Assembly (NCBI GenBank): GCA_965217185.1
Contig: OZ244252.1
Span: forward strand, 1,344,001-1,408,000
Reading direction: 5' to 3'
Origin: an uncultured Candidatus Entotheonella sp.
GTDB lineage: Bacteria; Tectomicrobia; Entotheonellia; Entotheonellales; Entotheonellaceae
DNA: 64,000 nucleotides
The position numbers and the translations under genes are program-made. The notes under the pieces were generated by a model that saw only the letters and a program-made list of their open reading frames with translations, did not search any database and had not been told where the DNA came from. The first letter of the stretch is position 1. The number at the start of each line of letters is the position of its first letter. Of this stretch, positions 39,527-50,139 are shown one piece after another.

Positions 39527-40345
39527 TCACGCCTGTGCGACGATAAACAGGCGGCGGAAGGGATACAGGGTTTGGCCGTCCGTCCGTTGCGGATACGCGT
39601 CGCGCAGCGCCTGCTGGTACGCGTCGAGGAATACCTGCCTGTCGGCCTCCCCCAGGCCGTTCAAAATAGGGCGCAAGCCGGTGCCTTTGACCCACTCCAG
39701 CACCGGGTCCTCGCCTGCCAAAACCTGAAGATACTCCGTTTCCCAAATGTCGAGTTGTTGCCCAAGCGGGGACAGCAGGTCGTAGTACACCTCGGCGTCC
39801 TCGACCCATTTGCGACGCACCGCGGCCAGCACGGTGTCGTCGCCGATCGCTGTGCCGTCGGGTCCGCCGTGTTCGAGGGTGTGCCGCATCAAGCGGTGCG
39901 ACGGCATGTCCCAACTCAGCGGCATCTGCACGGCCAGACAGCCGCCGGGGTTGACATAACCCATCAGGCGTGGGAACAAGTCGCGGTGGTCGTCGAGCCA
40001 CTGCAAGGTGGCGTTGGAATAAATCAAGTCGGGAGCCTCGCGCGGCACCCAGTCGCGGATATTGGCCTCCAGCCAATGCACTGACGACGGCTCGGCGGCG
40101 GCTTGAGCCAGCATCTCCGGTGATTGGTCGAGGCCGTATACCGTGGCTGAGGGCCACTGTTGCGACATCAGACGTGCGATGTGCCCGGAGCCGCAGCCCA
40201 GGTCATAGACCACGCGCGGCGCGGCAAGCGGCACCCGGCCCAGCAGTTCCAGCGCCGGACGCAGGCGGTGGTCGGCAAACTTCAGGTATTGATTCGGGTC
40301 CCAGTGCGTTCCGGCCACTTCACCCTGGTGCGGCCTGCCCGACAT
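39527..40345 (-). CDS. tam: Trans-aconitate 2-methyltransferase-like SAM methyltransferase
   Basis: WDPNQYLKF, DLGCGSG, SNATLQW, LAVQMP, WVKGTGLRP, PFRRLFIVA. Confidence 0.85.
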   Translation of the reverse strand: MSGRPHQGEVAGTHWDPNQYLKFADHRLRPALELLGRVPLAAPRVVYDLGCGSGHIARLMSQQWPSATVYGLDQSPEMLAQAAAEPSSVHWLEANIRDWVPREAPDLIYSNATLQWLDDHRDLFPRLMGYVNPGGCLAVQMPLSWDMPSHRLMRHTLEHGGPDGTAIGDDTVLAAVRRKWVEDAEVYYDLLSPLGQQLDIWETEYLQVLAGEDPVLEWVKGTGLRPILNGLGEADRQVFLDAYQQALRDAYPQRTDGQTLYPFRRLFIVAQA

Positions 40346-40459
40346 GCTCTCTCCTCATCTCGTACCGTGCCTTGACACGATTTGACGGGGCTGTGATAGT
40401 TGCGCCCCGCATTTTGGTTCTCGAATCTCACCATCACCATGGAAACAGGAGCGCATCCC

Positions 40460-40876
40460 ATGCAGGACTCCAAGCCACCCCGGAGCCGCGCCGTTGGCTT
40501 CGTCATTGTCTGTATCGTCGTGCTCGGCACCGGCGTTTACCTGAACGCCGGGTTCAACGGCAAGGTCGCCGAGTTGCGGGCCGAGCTCAATGAGCGTTTC
40601 AAAACGCTGTCAGAGGAAACCACCGGCGTCAAACCCGAAGTCCAGACGAACCGGGGCGCCTTGGGACGGCTTGAGGACGGCCTCATCTCCCTCGAATCCC
40701 GGGTCAAAAGCGTCTCGGCACTCGCCACGCAGACACACGACATGCTGTTCGAGCAAATCAGCGTCCAGCAGGAGCAGGACGAGACCCTGAAGGACACCCT
40801 GAGCGCTCTGGTCGAAACCAGCCGCGAATTGCAACGTCAGATCGACGCCCTGCTCGGCACCACGCAAGCACCGTAA
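40460..40876 (+). CDS. Single-TM coiled-coil hypothetical protein
   Basis: AGGAG RBS; TM VGFVIVCIVVLGTGVYL then heptads. Confidence 0.7.
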   Translation: MQDSKPPRSRAVGFVIVCIVVLGTGVYLNAGFNGKVAELRAELNERFKTLSEETTGVKPEVQTNRGALGRLEDGLISLESRVKSVSALATQTHDMLFEQISVQQEQDETLKDTLSALVETSRELQRQIDALLGTTQAP

Positions 40877-40930
40877 GAGCAGGCGTCCGAGTAGCGCGAC
40901 GGCCAATTCGCTGGCGCTTCACGGTTTCCG

Positions 40931-42283
40931 TTATCCCCTCCTGGCGTACCGTCGGTAGATTCTCTTGATCTGCCCCTCCGCTTTTTTCGCTGCCTGCTCC
41001 GCCGTCATGCGGCCCGTCGCGTGTGCCGCCGCGGCATCCGGGATGATGAACTGATCCGCCACCGCCTGGGCCGCCGCGGTCGGGATGCCGGGCCAACCTA
41101 TCGCGTGAACATAACTTGACATGTATGGCGCGAAGTAGAACTTGGGATTGGAGGCGTAGATGGGGTGCATGGAGAACGCCTTCAGGAACGGCTGGTTGTA
41201 ACCATGGCTGGCGGTGAGGAACTTCTCCTGCTGTTCCTTCTCGAAGTGCCATTCGAAAAATTCCTTGGCGAGCTCTTGCACTTTCGACCACTTCCAGATG
41301 CCGATGCCGATATGCCCCGCCGGCCCGTGCCGCCCTGCCGGTCCCTTGGGCGGCATGATGTGGTTGATGACCGTGTGGATGGGGCGCTCGGTGCCCGGAA
41401 TCACGGCGTTGTCCTGCCGTGCCGAGTTGTAGGCGCTGATCGGGTTGAGGATCATGCTGCACCTGCCGGAATTGAGGCACACGTTGTTGTTGCGGTCGTC
41501 CCAGGCGAGTACCTCTTCCTCCATGCAGTCCTGATAGAGCGCCTTGATAAATTTCAGCGCCTCGACGGTCTCCTTGGAATTGATGGCCACCGTCTTGCTG
41601 TCGTCCTCGACCAGCTTGCCGCCCCAACTCCAGATGATGGCGCGCATCGAGCCGTTGGCGTCGGCGCCGTGAGATAACGGAAATCCAACGGGATGGCCCT
41701 TGGCCTTCAGCTTTTTGCCGATGCGGTGCACGTCCGCCCAGGTGTCCGGCAGGTTCTCGCCGATCTCGGCGATCAGGTCGGTGCGCAAGGCCAGCGGGCC
41801 GGTGATGAAATACCACGGCAGGGCGCGGTAATGGCCGCCACGGCCCTTGCCGATGATGGTGTTGCTGTAGCCGCCGGCGCGGCGGCCAATCTTGTCGTGC
41901 AGGTCGTCGAGATTGACCAGGTGCTTGGAGTACAAATGCGGGTTGGCGTCGGCCGCAATCGTGATGTCGTGGCCCTTCTGCCCCTGCACCTCGCTCGCCA
42001 TGATGGCGGGTAGTTGCAAGTGGGCCACGCGGTCCATGCGCACCTTGACACCGGCCATGGCGCCGAACTCTTCGAGTTGCCGCTTCAGTTCCGCGTCCGA
42101 AGTCGGCACGAAGTGGGACCACGTCAGCAATTTGAGTTCCCGCTCCTGCGCCATCAAGGGCGCCGTCTTGGCCAACAGCATGCCGGCGAGGCCGGCCGTC
42201 GTTGCCGTCGAGGCGCGCAGGAACGCCCGCCGTTTGAGGGAATTGTCACCGGATCGGACCGTATGTAGCGGTTCGGATTGCAT
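40931..42283 (-). CDS. ABC transporter extracellular solute-binding protein (Tat signal)
   Basis: KRRAFL twin-arginine, LLTWSHFVP, WDDRNNN, family 1 SBP pattern. Confidence 0.88.
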   Translation of the reverse strand: MQSEPLHTVRSGDNSLKRRAFLRASTATTAGLAGMLLAKTAPLMAQERELKLLTWSHFVPTSDAELKRQLEEFGAMAGVKVRMDRVAHLQLPAIMASEVQGQKGHDITIAADANPHLYSKHLVNLDDLHDKIGRRAGGYSNTIIGKGRGGHYRALPWYFITGPLALRTDLIAEIGENLPDTWADVHRIGKKLKAKGHPVGFPLSHGADANGSMRAIIWSWGGKLVEDDSKTVAINSKETVEALKFIKALYQDCMEEEVLAWDDRNNNVCLNSGRCSMILNPISAYNSARQDNAVIPGTERPIHTVINHIMPPKGPAGRHGPAGHIGIGIWKWSKVQELAKEFFEWHFEKEQQEKFLTASHGYNQPFLKAFSMHPIYASNPKFYFAPYMSSYVHAIGWPGIPTAAAQAVADQFIIPDAAAAHATGRMTAEQAAKKAEGQIKRIYRRYARRG

Positions 42284-42468
42284 GCACCACCTCCGTGGAA
42301 AAACTCCGTTTACGCCGTTGCCTCAGTTCCGCGGCGCCCGCAAGCCGGCGAACGTCCCGCCGCGGCGAGGGCGCTTATTGTAGCACCATGAACCGTTGGG
42401 CTGTGCTTGAACCAGCGACCCTGCCAGGGTAAGTGCATCTGAGAGTTGTCGCGTCTTCGACCCTGGAT

Positions 42469-42500
42469 GTAGGTCGGGTTAGCCGCAGGCGTAACCCGAC
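42469..42500. repeat. REP element (GTAG type)
   Basis: GTAGGTCGGGTTAGCCGCAGGCGTAACCCGAC hairpin. Confidence 0.75.
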
Positions 42501-42548
42501 GTTCCAATGCGCCGTCCCCCGACTCCCACGTTGAAACGTGGGAGGCAA

Positions 42549-42783
42549 ACTAAGGCGTTGGCAGACCTGGGTGTATCGGAGTTGATCGAGATTGTGCCCA
42601 AGCCCGAGGGCGCCAAGGGATTTACGGTTTTGTCATGTCGTTGGGTGGTGGAACGGAGCTTGGCGAGTTCTTTGGCCTGGGTAAAACTGGCCGGATGTCG
42701 GTTCATGTTGCGAAGGGCCGCTCGGTGTCAGAGACCGCGTCATTCTGCTGAGACCGCCGCCTGATGACTTATGGAACAGACTC
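42549..42783 (+). mobile_element. IS5-family 3' remnant
   Basis: LGVSELIEIVPKPEGAKGF...RWVVER, near-identical to 61360-61420; ends GACTTATGGAACAGACTC. Confidence 0.8.
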
Positions 42784-42886
42784 AGGGTGTTTGTGATGCA
42801 GATGCTACCTACGATTTGCCACCCTGACAGGCCCGTTTATGGCTCATTTGCCGATACGTGGCCATGAAATCTGATTCTCAAGCGTC

Positions 42887-43064
42887 CTATAGCGGTTTTC
42901 GCATGACGATATGGAAACCCAGCGGTGATGTGGCAGCCCGTAGCCCTCCAGGGTGGCGCGGGCTTTCAGCCTGCGCGAAGGGCGGGGGACCGCCCTCCGT
43001 GGGCAGACAGGAATGTCTGCCTCACCTGTCCGGCGAAAACCAGACATACGAACGCAAACCCCTG
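42887..43064. mobile_element. MITE family A copy 3, enlarged by internal hairpins
   Basis: TAGCGGTTTTCGCATGAC...CCAGACATACGAACGCAAACC with nested GCAGACAGGAATGTCTGC. Confidence 0.65.
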
Positions 43065-43291
43065 TCCCTGCACCACCGAACCAATATCACTGCCCTTTGC
43101 CCGATTGCAGAAGGCACACGCATGCGCCAAGGTGTCCGGTTCCGCTGTCCCACCATGCTTTGCACTGATGACGTGGTCCACTTCACAGCCAAAAACGGTG
43201 TCGTCTTCGTGTATCAGGCAGCACTCGCACAGGGTATCGGCACGGGCTACCACACCACACGGCGCAAGGCGGCACTGACGTAACTACTCAT
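43065..43291 (-). pseudogene. HNH endonuclease pseudogene
   Basis: MSSYVSAALRRV, 2-nt shift in a GT run, then CECC...VDHVISAKHGG...ACAFCNRAKGSD; cut by the MITE. Confidence 0.82.
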
Positions 43292-43526
43292 GGGCAAAGT
43301 GGAGCCGGGCACGAGCCTTGGCCAGTCGCATGACGTGTTCCAGCTGCAGATAGTGCTCCAGTTCGGCGGTTTCTTCCTCCGAAAGGCCCGCAGCTTTCTC
43401 TTGCTGGATGAGGTCTGCCACCCGCGCTTTGGCTGCGGCAGATGGCTGGTAGGCCACCACGTCGCGCGGACTCGTGCCCGCCGCAATGAAGTCGATGATT
43501 TCTTCGTAGGCTCGAGTCATCGTCAT
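43284..43526 (-). CDS. Small helical protein, putative antitoxin partner of the HNH
   Basis: 80 aa, LSEEETAELEHYLQLEHVMRLAKARA; overlaps the HNH start. Confidence 0.75.
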   Translation of the reverse strand: MTMTRAYEEIIDFIAAGTSPRDVVAYQPSAAAKARVADLIQQEKAAGLSEEETAELEHYLQLEHVMRLAKARARLHFAHE

Positions 43527-43688
43527 GCTGTACCCCCTTCTGCAAAGATCAGGGCCTCAGCGAAGCCGCTTCGGGCATTTGCACTGCCGCCCTTTCATGC
43601 ACGGCTTCGCGTGCAGCCTTGGGACCAGCCAACATCCTATTGAACGCCATGTCGCGGCTCTACCGCATCAATCATGGCTGCATTCGGT

Positions 43689-43933
43689 CTAATGTGGAGC
43701 CTTAATGAGACCAAGAATCTTGATCATGGATGCCCCCGTGTGTCAGCCGTCCATTACCCCCCACCCTAGCCCTCCCCCACAGAGGGGGGAGGGGATCAGC
43801 GAGTGAATCCTCTTCCACGAAGAGGGCTTTTGCTCCCTCTCCCCTGGTGGGAGAGGGTTGGGGTGAGGGGGAGAGCCTCGGATCAAGACCCAGATTTCAA
43901 GAAATTCCGGGTATCAAACGGGATCTACATTAG
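43689..43933. mobile_element. MITE family B copy carrying two inverted REP hairpins
   Basis: Ends CTAATGTGGA...TCTACATTAG; internal CCCTCCCCC...GGGGGAGGG (43757-43795) and CCCTCTCCC...GGGAGAGGG (43833-43871). Confidence 0.65.
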
Positions 43934-44330
43934 TTCCGTATTGTTGTCCGACGGAGGGGCTGCCTAGTGGTTTGAATCCATCATTTTGAACCCTCTTTTC
44001 CCAGCGGCAATGGTCTTGTCTGAGTCACCATTCTATTTGAAAAGCTTCACTTTGTGGCTGTTGTACTCGTTGATTGAAGCGACCCAGCACGGCCCTTTTT
44101 TCTCACACCAACCACTGGTGTGGAAGGGGCCGATGCGACCGGAGACCGTACAACTCGCCATGGTCTCCTGGGGCCTTTCGTTTTTCAGGGGAACACTTTA
44201 TTAGGGCCCCAGCCGGCTTTGCACAAAAAGTCGATGTTGCAAAAAAAGTGGGAATCTGCACAGAAAGCCAGTGGTCATTGATGCCGCCTGGGGGCGGTAT
44301 GGCTCGGGATTGCGATAGCTGATGGCGGGT

Positions 44331-44669
44331 TCAGGGGGAAGGCTTGTCTGCGGTCTGCAACTGCTGTCGGATCACGTCGATTTCGCCTTCGTTGCGGGAG
44401 ATTCGTTCGATGATGCCGACGGTGAGCTTGCGGAGCTCGAATACTTCGCTGGCAAGGCTGTCGAGGCGTTCGTCCTGGGCGTCAAAACGTTGATTCATGG
44501 CGTTTTGTAGACGGTCGATGATGGCAACTACAGCGTCAATGCGCTGGTTGGTGTCGGCTCGGATGTCATCCAGTCTATGATGGACGGTGTTGTTGGAGTT
44601 ATGGATAAGTGCCAAAGCAGCTACCAGGACAAGGAGGGCGGCGGCATTGTCCTTGAGCCAGTTCCACAT
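44331..44669 (-). CDS. Single-TM coiled-coil hypothetical protein
   Basis: MWNWLKDNAAALLVLVAALALI then NQRID/NQRFD heptads. Confidence 0.7.
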   Translation of the reverse strand: MWNWLKDNAAALLVLVAALALIHNSNNTVHHRLDDIRADTNQRIDAVVAIIDRLQNAMNQRFDAQDERLDSLASEVFELRKLTVGIIERISRNEGEIDVIRQQLQTADKPSP

Positions 44670-44775
44670 GGCGTTGTTTCCTTGAGAAGTGGGTTCGAGG
44701 GAGTGTAACACAATTAGATTCGGGTGGACGGTGTCCGATGCCTGGCTGGTTTTTTGTGCAAAGCCGCCCCAGCCG

Positions 44776-44924
44776 GTAGTGGCTCACTTTGAAAAGACTG
44801 GCTCACGTGCACGGGTTGCACGTTCGGTCGTCCGGCGCCGGTTTCCCCCTCACCCCGACCCTCTCCCGCCAGGGGAGAGGGGGAAGGGGTGGTGCGAGGA
44901 GGAAATTTGAAAGTGAGACACTAC
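44776..44924. mobile_element. MITE family C carrying a REP hairpin
   Basis: GTAGTGGCTCACTTT...AAAGTGAGACACTAC (14/15 inverted match); internal CCCTCTCCC...GGGAGAGGG. Confidence 0.65.
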
Positions 44925-45065
44925 CGACTGTTGAGCAGACTTGACAGTGTTTTGCAGCTTTTCCGAGGCCCTCCCGGGAAACTTCCGTGATACGGTCCCA
45001 AGGGGAGCGAGGCACAACGGCGGGTCGACGGACGCATGTATGTTGTTTATGAAAAAACCAACGAA

Positions 45066-45275
45066 CTATGCGACTTGGTCTTGACGTTCGCTTGGGTGTA
45101 GCAAGAGATATTCTCTTACTTCCAGATTCATCCGGTCGATTTCAGCAAGATAACCGCCTGCCGATAAATGATAATTCTGCGGATTGGTTTCGACCTGTCG
45201 GAGTTTTTCGACTTGGTTCTGAAAGTATCGGAGACGTGCTTTGGTCGCCTCAAGTTCCTGATCGTTCTGAATCAT
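45066..45275 (-). CDS. Small helical protein (MIQNDQEL type), putative antitoxin
   Basis: 69 aa MIQNDQELEATKARL...YLAEIDRMNLEVREYL. Confidence 0.65.
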   Translation of the reverse strand: MIQNDQELEATKARLRYFQNQVEKLRQVETNPQNYHLSAGGYLAEIDRMNLEVREYLLLHPSERQDQVA

Positions 45276-45450
45276 CGCTGATGACCTCAACTATGCCACG
45301 TCGTGTGTGATCTCGTTTGGTTTGCCAGTACGCCAGAGCCTCATGCTCCCCACCCATCGCGGCGAGCCGCCGAATCCAGAACACACTGGCGCCCTCGACA
45401 TTCTGCACCGCCAGATTGCAAAACTTCAGTAATAACGACGTAGACCTCAC
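45250..45450 (-). pseudogene. C-terminal remnant of a putative nucleotidyltransferase-like (DUF6932-like) partner
   Basis: GASVFWIRR...YWQTKRDHTRRGIVEVI overlapping the next start; upstream sequence unrelated. Confidence 0.4.
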
Positions 45451-45811
45451 CTCAAAACGGTGGGGCGGACCTGGTCTGAAAGGACGACTATCAGGCCCTG
45501 GTGGGGTGCATGTGGGAGATTTGACGCCGCGACCCGGTGCCTGGAGCCCTCCGAAGGGCAGTTTTGGCCCGATGGTTACGACCACTCTCCTGTGCCCTCG
45601 CCATTCTTCCACCACGTTTCGTCCTTCGAGGTGCGCTCCCACACCGCAGCGATGTCGAACTCGAGGGCGATGCGGCGTGCTTCGGTGTCGGTGACTTGGT
45701 AGCGGCTGGCGAAGTCGACCGCGGCGACAAAGACAGCGGACGGGCGCATAAGCCGCGTAGGCGGCTAGAACTACAAAGGAGTGTTCAAGGACATGGGCGC
45801 GGCGGTTGGCC

Positions 45812-46144
45812 TTAATTGGCGGCGTGGTCCAGCACCTCTTCGGCCCACTGGTTCAGGCTCTTGCCAGACAGTTCGGCTGCGAGGGCGGCTTTACGGTGAA
45901 CCTCGGGGCTGATCCGGAACATCACCTGGCCGGAGAATGCCTTCTGCGGCTCCTTGCCGACCTTGGCGCACGTCTCGATATAATCCTCGACCGCCTCGTG
46001 AAATGCTTCCCGCAGGCCTTCCACCGTTTCCGCATGAAAGCCCACTCCGTCGCGAATGCCGGCAATGCGGCCCGTGAAGATACCGTCATCGTCGTCATAC
46101 TCGATGCGGGCCGAATAGCCCTTGTAGTTCATGGTATTGCTCAT
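45812..46144 (-). CDS. hicB: HicB antitoxin
   Basis: YKGYSARIEYD...AFHEAVEDY...FSGQVMFRISPEVH...SLNQW. Confidence 0.93.
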   Translation of the reverse strand: MSNTMNYKGYSARIEYDDDDGIFTGRIAGIRDGVGFHAETVEGLREAFHEAVEDYIETCAKVGKEPQKAFSGQVMFRISPEVHRKAALAAELSGKSLNQWAEEVLDHAAN

Positions 46145-46404
46145 GGGGTTACTCCGATCCGTTTCAGGAACGCACGAGCCGCGCGGACCTGATAGCGTTT
46201 GGCTTCCTTGACGGGGTGCGGCCGGTGAAACGTTTCAACCTCGCTGTCCTTCTCGAATCGTACACGCGAGCCTCGCCCCTCAATCAGTCGTGCCCCGGTG
46301 GCAAGAAGCAGACTTTCGATCGCCGCCCATTCGATGGTGCCTGACACCGGGTCGGTAAAGACAGCGGCAAGGGTTCTTCGGTGCTTGTTGTTCATGTGTT
46401 TCAT
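46141..46404 (-). CDS. hicA: HicA toxin
   Basis: EGRGSRVRF...FHRPHP.KEAKRYQV. Confidence 0.93.
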   Translation of the reverse strand: MKHMNNKHRRTLAAVFTDPVSGTIEWAAIESLLLATGARLIEGRGSRVRFEKDSEVETFHRPHPVKEAKRYQVRAARAFLKRIGVTP

Positions 46405-46686
46405 GTACTATATGCTTGCGTTATTTGCAAGCTTATAGATTGACGGTATGGCACTCCCTCTTTTTGTCGGCGCGGCTCAATGCGGTCATACGGGTCGGCT
46501 TGAAGCAGATGCGGGCGGCCTCTGAGTCCAAGGACCGGCGAATGGACAACCAGCATCGCGAGACGATACTGGGATCGGTTGCGGAAAAGGCCCGGTAACA
46601 AGATAGTTGTCATAGAGTGCGAGATGAACGCCATCTCATTTAACGACCCGATACTGTTGGCGAACCCTCCGTACAGTCATCTGGCC

Positions 46687-48140
46687 GTAAGCGTTCAGGG
46701 GGCTCTCTGCACTTCTTTGTTGCCTGATCAAGCGATTGTGGGCTAGGGTCATACTTCTTTCGCGTTGCGTCTCCTATTGACCTGTTTGCAGGGAGTCCGA
46801 ATGAAGCCGTCGAGGCCGCCTGAGTCGTTGTCGCAAAGCGATTGGCAACAAACCCCTCCGACCGTACAGGCCTATCTCCTCAACCTGCATCAGCGCTTGG
46901 TCCAACTCCAACAGCAAATCGAGCGACTCCAAAATCGCTTGCAACGCACCGCCAAGACATCCGACAAACCACCCTCGTCGGATTCGCCCTTCCAAAGACA
47001 CGCAGGCAAGCAAAGCAAGCCCACAGGCAAACGCGGCGCCCGACAAGGTCACCCCGGCGCAGGTCCCAAGTTACACCGTCCCAGCGAGCGCCAAGCCATC
47101 TATCCTGAACCCTGCATGTGTGGTCAAGGCGTGCCGCGTTTGACGACGCCGTATCACACCCATCAAGTCATGGAATTGCCATCCACCTTGATGCACGTCA
47201 CGCACTGGGTCTTGCACCAAGGCAAGTGTGCGGGTTGTGGCAAGTGGCTCAAAGCCCGGCTGCCCAAGGCTCGACAGAGCGGCTATGGCCCACGTTTGAC
47301 GGCCTTGACAGGTGAACTCAGCGCCATGCACCGCACCTCCCGGCGTGGTGTGCAGGACTTTTGTCGTTCGGTGTTGGGGGTGTCGATCAGTCTGGGTGCG
47401 ATTCAACGCCTCATTGAGCGCACCTCCCTGGCCATCGTGCCGCACGATGCGGCCATTGCTCGCTTGGCCCGCAAGGCGCCTGTGGGCTACGTCGATGAGA
47501 CGCCGTGGTACTGCGGCCATGCCTTGCAGTGGCTCTGGAGCATGGTCACGGACACGGTGGTCCTGTACCGTATTGATGCCAAGCGTTCGCAGGCGGCCTT
47601 TGAGTCTCTGATAAAGGATTGGCGAGGCATTCTGGTCAGCGACGGCTACGGCGTGTATCAAGCTTGGGGCAATGCTCGTCAGAGTTGCTTGGCGCATCTT
47701 GCTCGCCGTGCCCGGGAGTTGTCGCAGCGACCCCAAGCCGACCTTGCTGCTTGCGGCAAGGTGGTTTTGAAGGAGCTTCAGCGATTGTGTCAGATGGCTC
47801 ACGCGCCGCCAAGTGGTGGTCAGTGGCAGGCGTGGTATGCGTGCTTGTGCCGTCTCGTGAAGCGTTATGAGAGTCGCCCTGATGAGGCGGGTCGTCTGGT
47901 GAGGCATTTACGCCGTGAGGCGGGTTCGCTGTGGGTGTTTCTCAACGAGCCGGAAGTTGAGCCGACGAACAACCGGGCGGAGCGCGCCTTGCGCTTTGGC
48001 GTATTGTGGCGCAAGGGTTCCTTGGGTACGGCAAGTGCCAAAGGCAACGCTTGGGTGCAACGGAGTCTATCGTTGCGTCAGACGTGCCGGCAACTGGGGC
48101 AATCGAGCTTTTCGGTGTTGGTGGACGCCCTTGGGGCGTT
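46687..48140 (+). mobile_element. IS66-family element (single ORF from 46801), right end lost
   Basis: Left end GTAAGCGTTCA; SDKPPSSD, VDETPW, LVSDGY, CLAHL, PTNNRAERALR. Confidence 0.88.
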
Positions 48141-48533
48141 AGCGAGCGCTCGACTGTCGAGCGGGTCAATGCGCGTCTCAAGGACGAGTTCGGCGCCCGT
48201 CATGTTCGGGTCCGGGGGCATGCGAAGGTGCTCTGCCACCTCATGTTCGGAATCCTCGCGCTGACGGTCAGCCAGCTGACACGTCTGCTATTGCCGCCGC
48301 TCTAACTCTGAGCCGGCTTGCTCACCTCGACATCACCGGAACCCCCCGCCTCATCAGGGGCCAGCGGATAAACATGCCCGCAGGTCCAGGAAAATGTCGA
48401 ATCGGACGCGGATGCACCGCTTATACGACACGCACCCAATCTTTGATGGCATCTCCAGCGTCACACGATGCTTTGGGCTCGTCCTATTCCTATAGCCGGA
48501 CCCCCAAATCTCTCAGGGTTTTGCAAGTTGCTC
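48141..48533 (+). mobile_element. 3' remnant of an IS related to 51102-52597
   Basis: ERSTVERVNARLKDEFG...KVLCHLMFG; end TTTTGCAAGTTGCTC. Confidence 0.85.
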
Positions 48534-49357
48534 GAGTGCATGACACTTCGGTGCTGGATAGCCCTTATGTAGTTCATTATGGATGTAATTGTAGACTTCT
48601 GGGTTTTTTTGTAGCCGCTATGGCCGCTGACCACAGATGTGCAATCGATGATTTTTGTTTGCCCAGAAATAGCAGCAGTGTTTTTGGGGCCACTGTAGCC
48701 TAATGCCACCCTCTCTTCGCCTTTTGGGTGCTTCTCGACTACCTGAAACCAATTACCCAGCTTCATATCCTTTTTGGAGTGAAACACGTACGTTTTGTCA
48801 CAATATAAGGTGCCATTGAAGTAACGCTTTTCAGCTTCAATGGATTGATCGTTCACGCTGGCCGCCATGAGAAACTGCCAGTGCTTATTAGGCTTCTTAA
48901 TCCCCCTTCGATCTAGTTGCTTATGGGCAATCAATGAGATCATGCACCCCATGCTGTGGGACATCACTCCCAGTTCTGAGCATTTTGAGATGGTAGTTTC
49001 AAGCAGTTTTACGAATCTCAATGCTACCGCCGACCCCGCCCGTTTCTTCGCAGTGGAATACTTCGAGTAGTAACCACCGCCCGGCCATGTGTAACCAACA
49101 ACCACATCAAAATACTTAATGCGATTTGACTGCATCTTTTGGATGCGGTAGTAGGCACGCATTACCGCCTTGCATCTGTTGTTGTAGCCATGACATAGCA
49201 AGAGCACCTTTTTGCCGTTGATTTCCGACTCATAGTCAGCTATTGCTTTCGATTCCTGTTTCCCCCTAGGACCGACTTCCCTAATCATGTCGTCCTGGTT
49301 TAGGGGGAGTACACAGTCGTAATCCCAAAATTCTTTCCTTGAACTGATCACATACAT
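48461..49357 (-). CDS. Alpha/beta hydrolase (DUF900-like), C-terminus runs into the IS end
   Basis: LLCHGYN, YTWP, SHSMG, LMAA, ALGYSG, GHSGY; AT-rich; AAGGAG RBS. Confidence 0.78.
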   Translation of the reverse strand: MYVISSRKEFWDYDCVLPLNQDDMIREVGPRGKQESKAIADYESEINGKKVLLLCHGYNNRCKAVMRAYYRIQKMQSNRIKYFDVVVGYTWPGGGYYSKYSTAKKRAGSAVALRFVKLLETTISKCSELGVMSHSMGCMISLIAHKQLDRRGIKKPNKHWQFLMAASVNDQSIEAEKRYFNGTLYCDKTYVFHSKKDMKLGNWFQVVEKHPKGEERVALGYSGPKNTAAISGQTKIIDCTSVVSGHSGYKKTQKSTITSIMNYIRAIQHRSVMHSSNLQNPERFGGPAIGIGRAQSIV

Positions 49358-49373
49358 TACGTCTCTCCTTTAA

Positions 49374-49765
49374 CAATACTTCGGACGGTCCCCAAGCCGC
49401 CCTGTCAGTGATCGTGCCATAGTTACAAAGGTCTTGGTAATCGGGGCTGGATTTTTCCAGGCTATGCCCGTGGGGCTAAATGCCGAGAAATTCGCTCCAG
49501 CAGATGTTGGTTGAAGGCGCGCCGTTTAAGACTCGCCATGGAAAACCCTGCCTGGGCACCGCCGCCTTGCTGTCGCGCTTCCAGCTTGCCCAAGGTCAGA
49601 GCACTCATGCTGGCATTGAAGTGAAAATGCAGCTTGGCCTGCGAGCGCGCTTGACAGGCACTCAGAGACGTAAACTGCTTGGCGTCCCTGAAGAGAAACT
49701 CGATTTGGAAGCGTGCTTTGTATCCACGATAAAGCGTCTGCGCATCCAAGTCGGTATCGCTTATC
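49374..49765 (-). mobile_element. DDE transposase 3' remnant (IS4/IS701-like)
   Basis: YKARFQIEFLFRDAKQF...CQARS...HFHFNAS; terminal CAATACTTCGGAC. Confidence 0.75.
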
Positions 49766-49924
49766 CTCCCAAGGCGTGTTTGAGGCTTTGGTTTTGCCAT
49801 CGTATTTCTCCTCACCTCATGCCATTCGAACCCAGAAGGAGCCGCGAGGTGCTGCTACGGGCTCACGGCTCCCCGGTGCATCCGCATCGTCATTCCCAGT
49901 TCGGGTCCGCCGGCGTGGTTTTCT

Positions 49925-50115
49925 TCACTGCCGATGCACCCCAAAGGAGCCGGCGATGCTTTCTGCACGATGAAGGCTCATCGTCTCGCCACGTTGCCGT
50001 GAGCGCCCCAGCGAAAGAGGAAGGATGGTCGGTCGCGGCATCCCCGTTCCCGCCAAGCATGCCGCCCCGGTCAACCCACCGGCTTCCAGGGCTGGGGTGA
50101 TCGCCATAAACCAAG
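49925..50115 (-). pseudogene. C-terminal remnant paralogous to lipoprotein 57726-59607
   Basis: GGNGDAATDHPSSFAGALTA / HRAESIAGSFG versus GGNGRVATDHPTSFAGAFTA...HRAESFAGSFG. Confidence 0.75.
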
Positions 50116-50139
50116 CCGCCATGATAATGCGGGTCGGAC

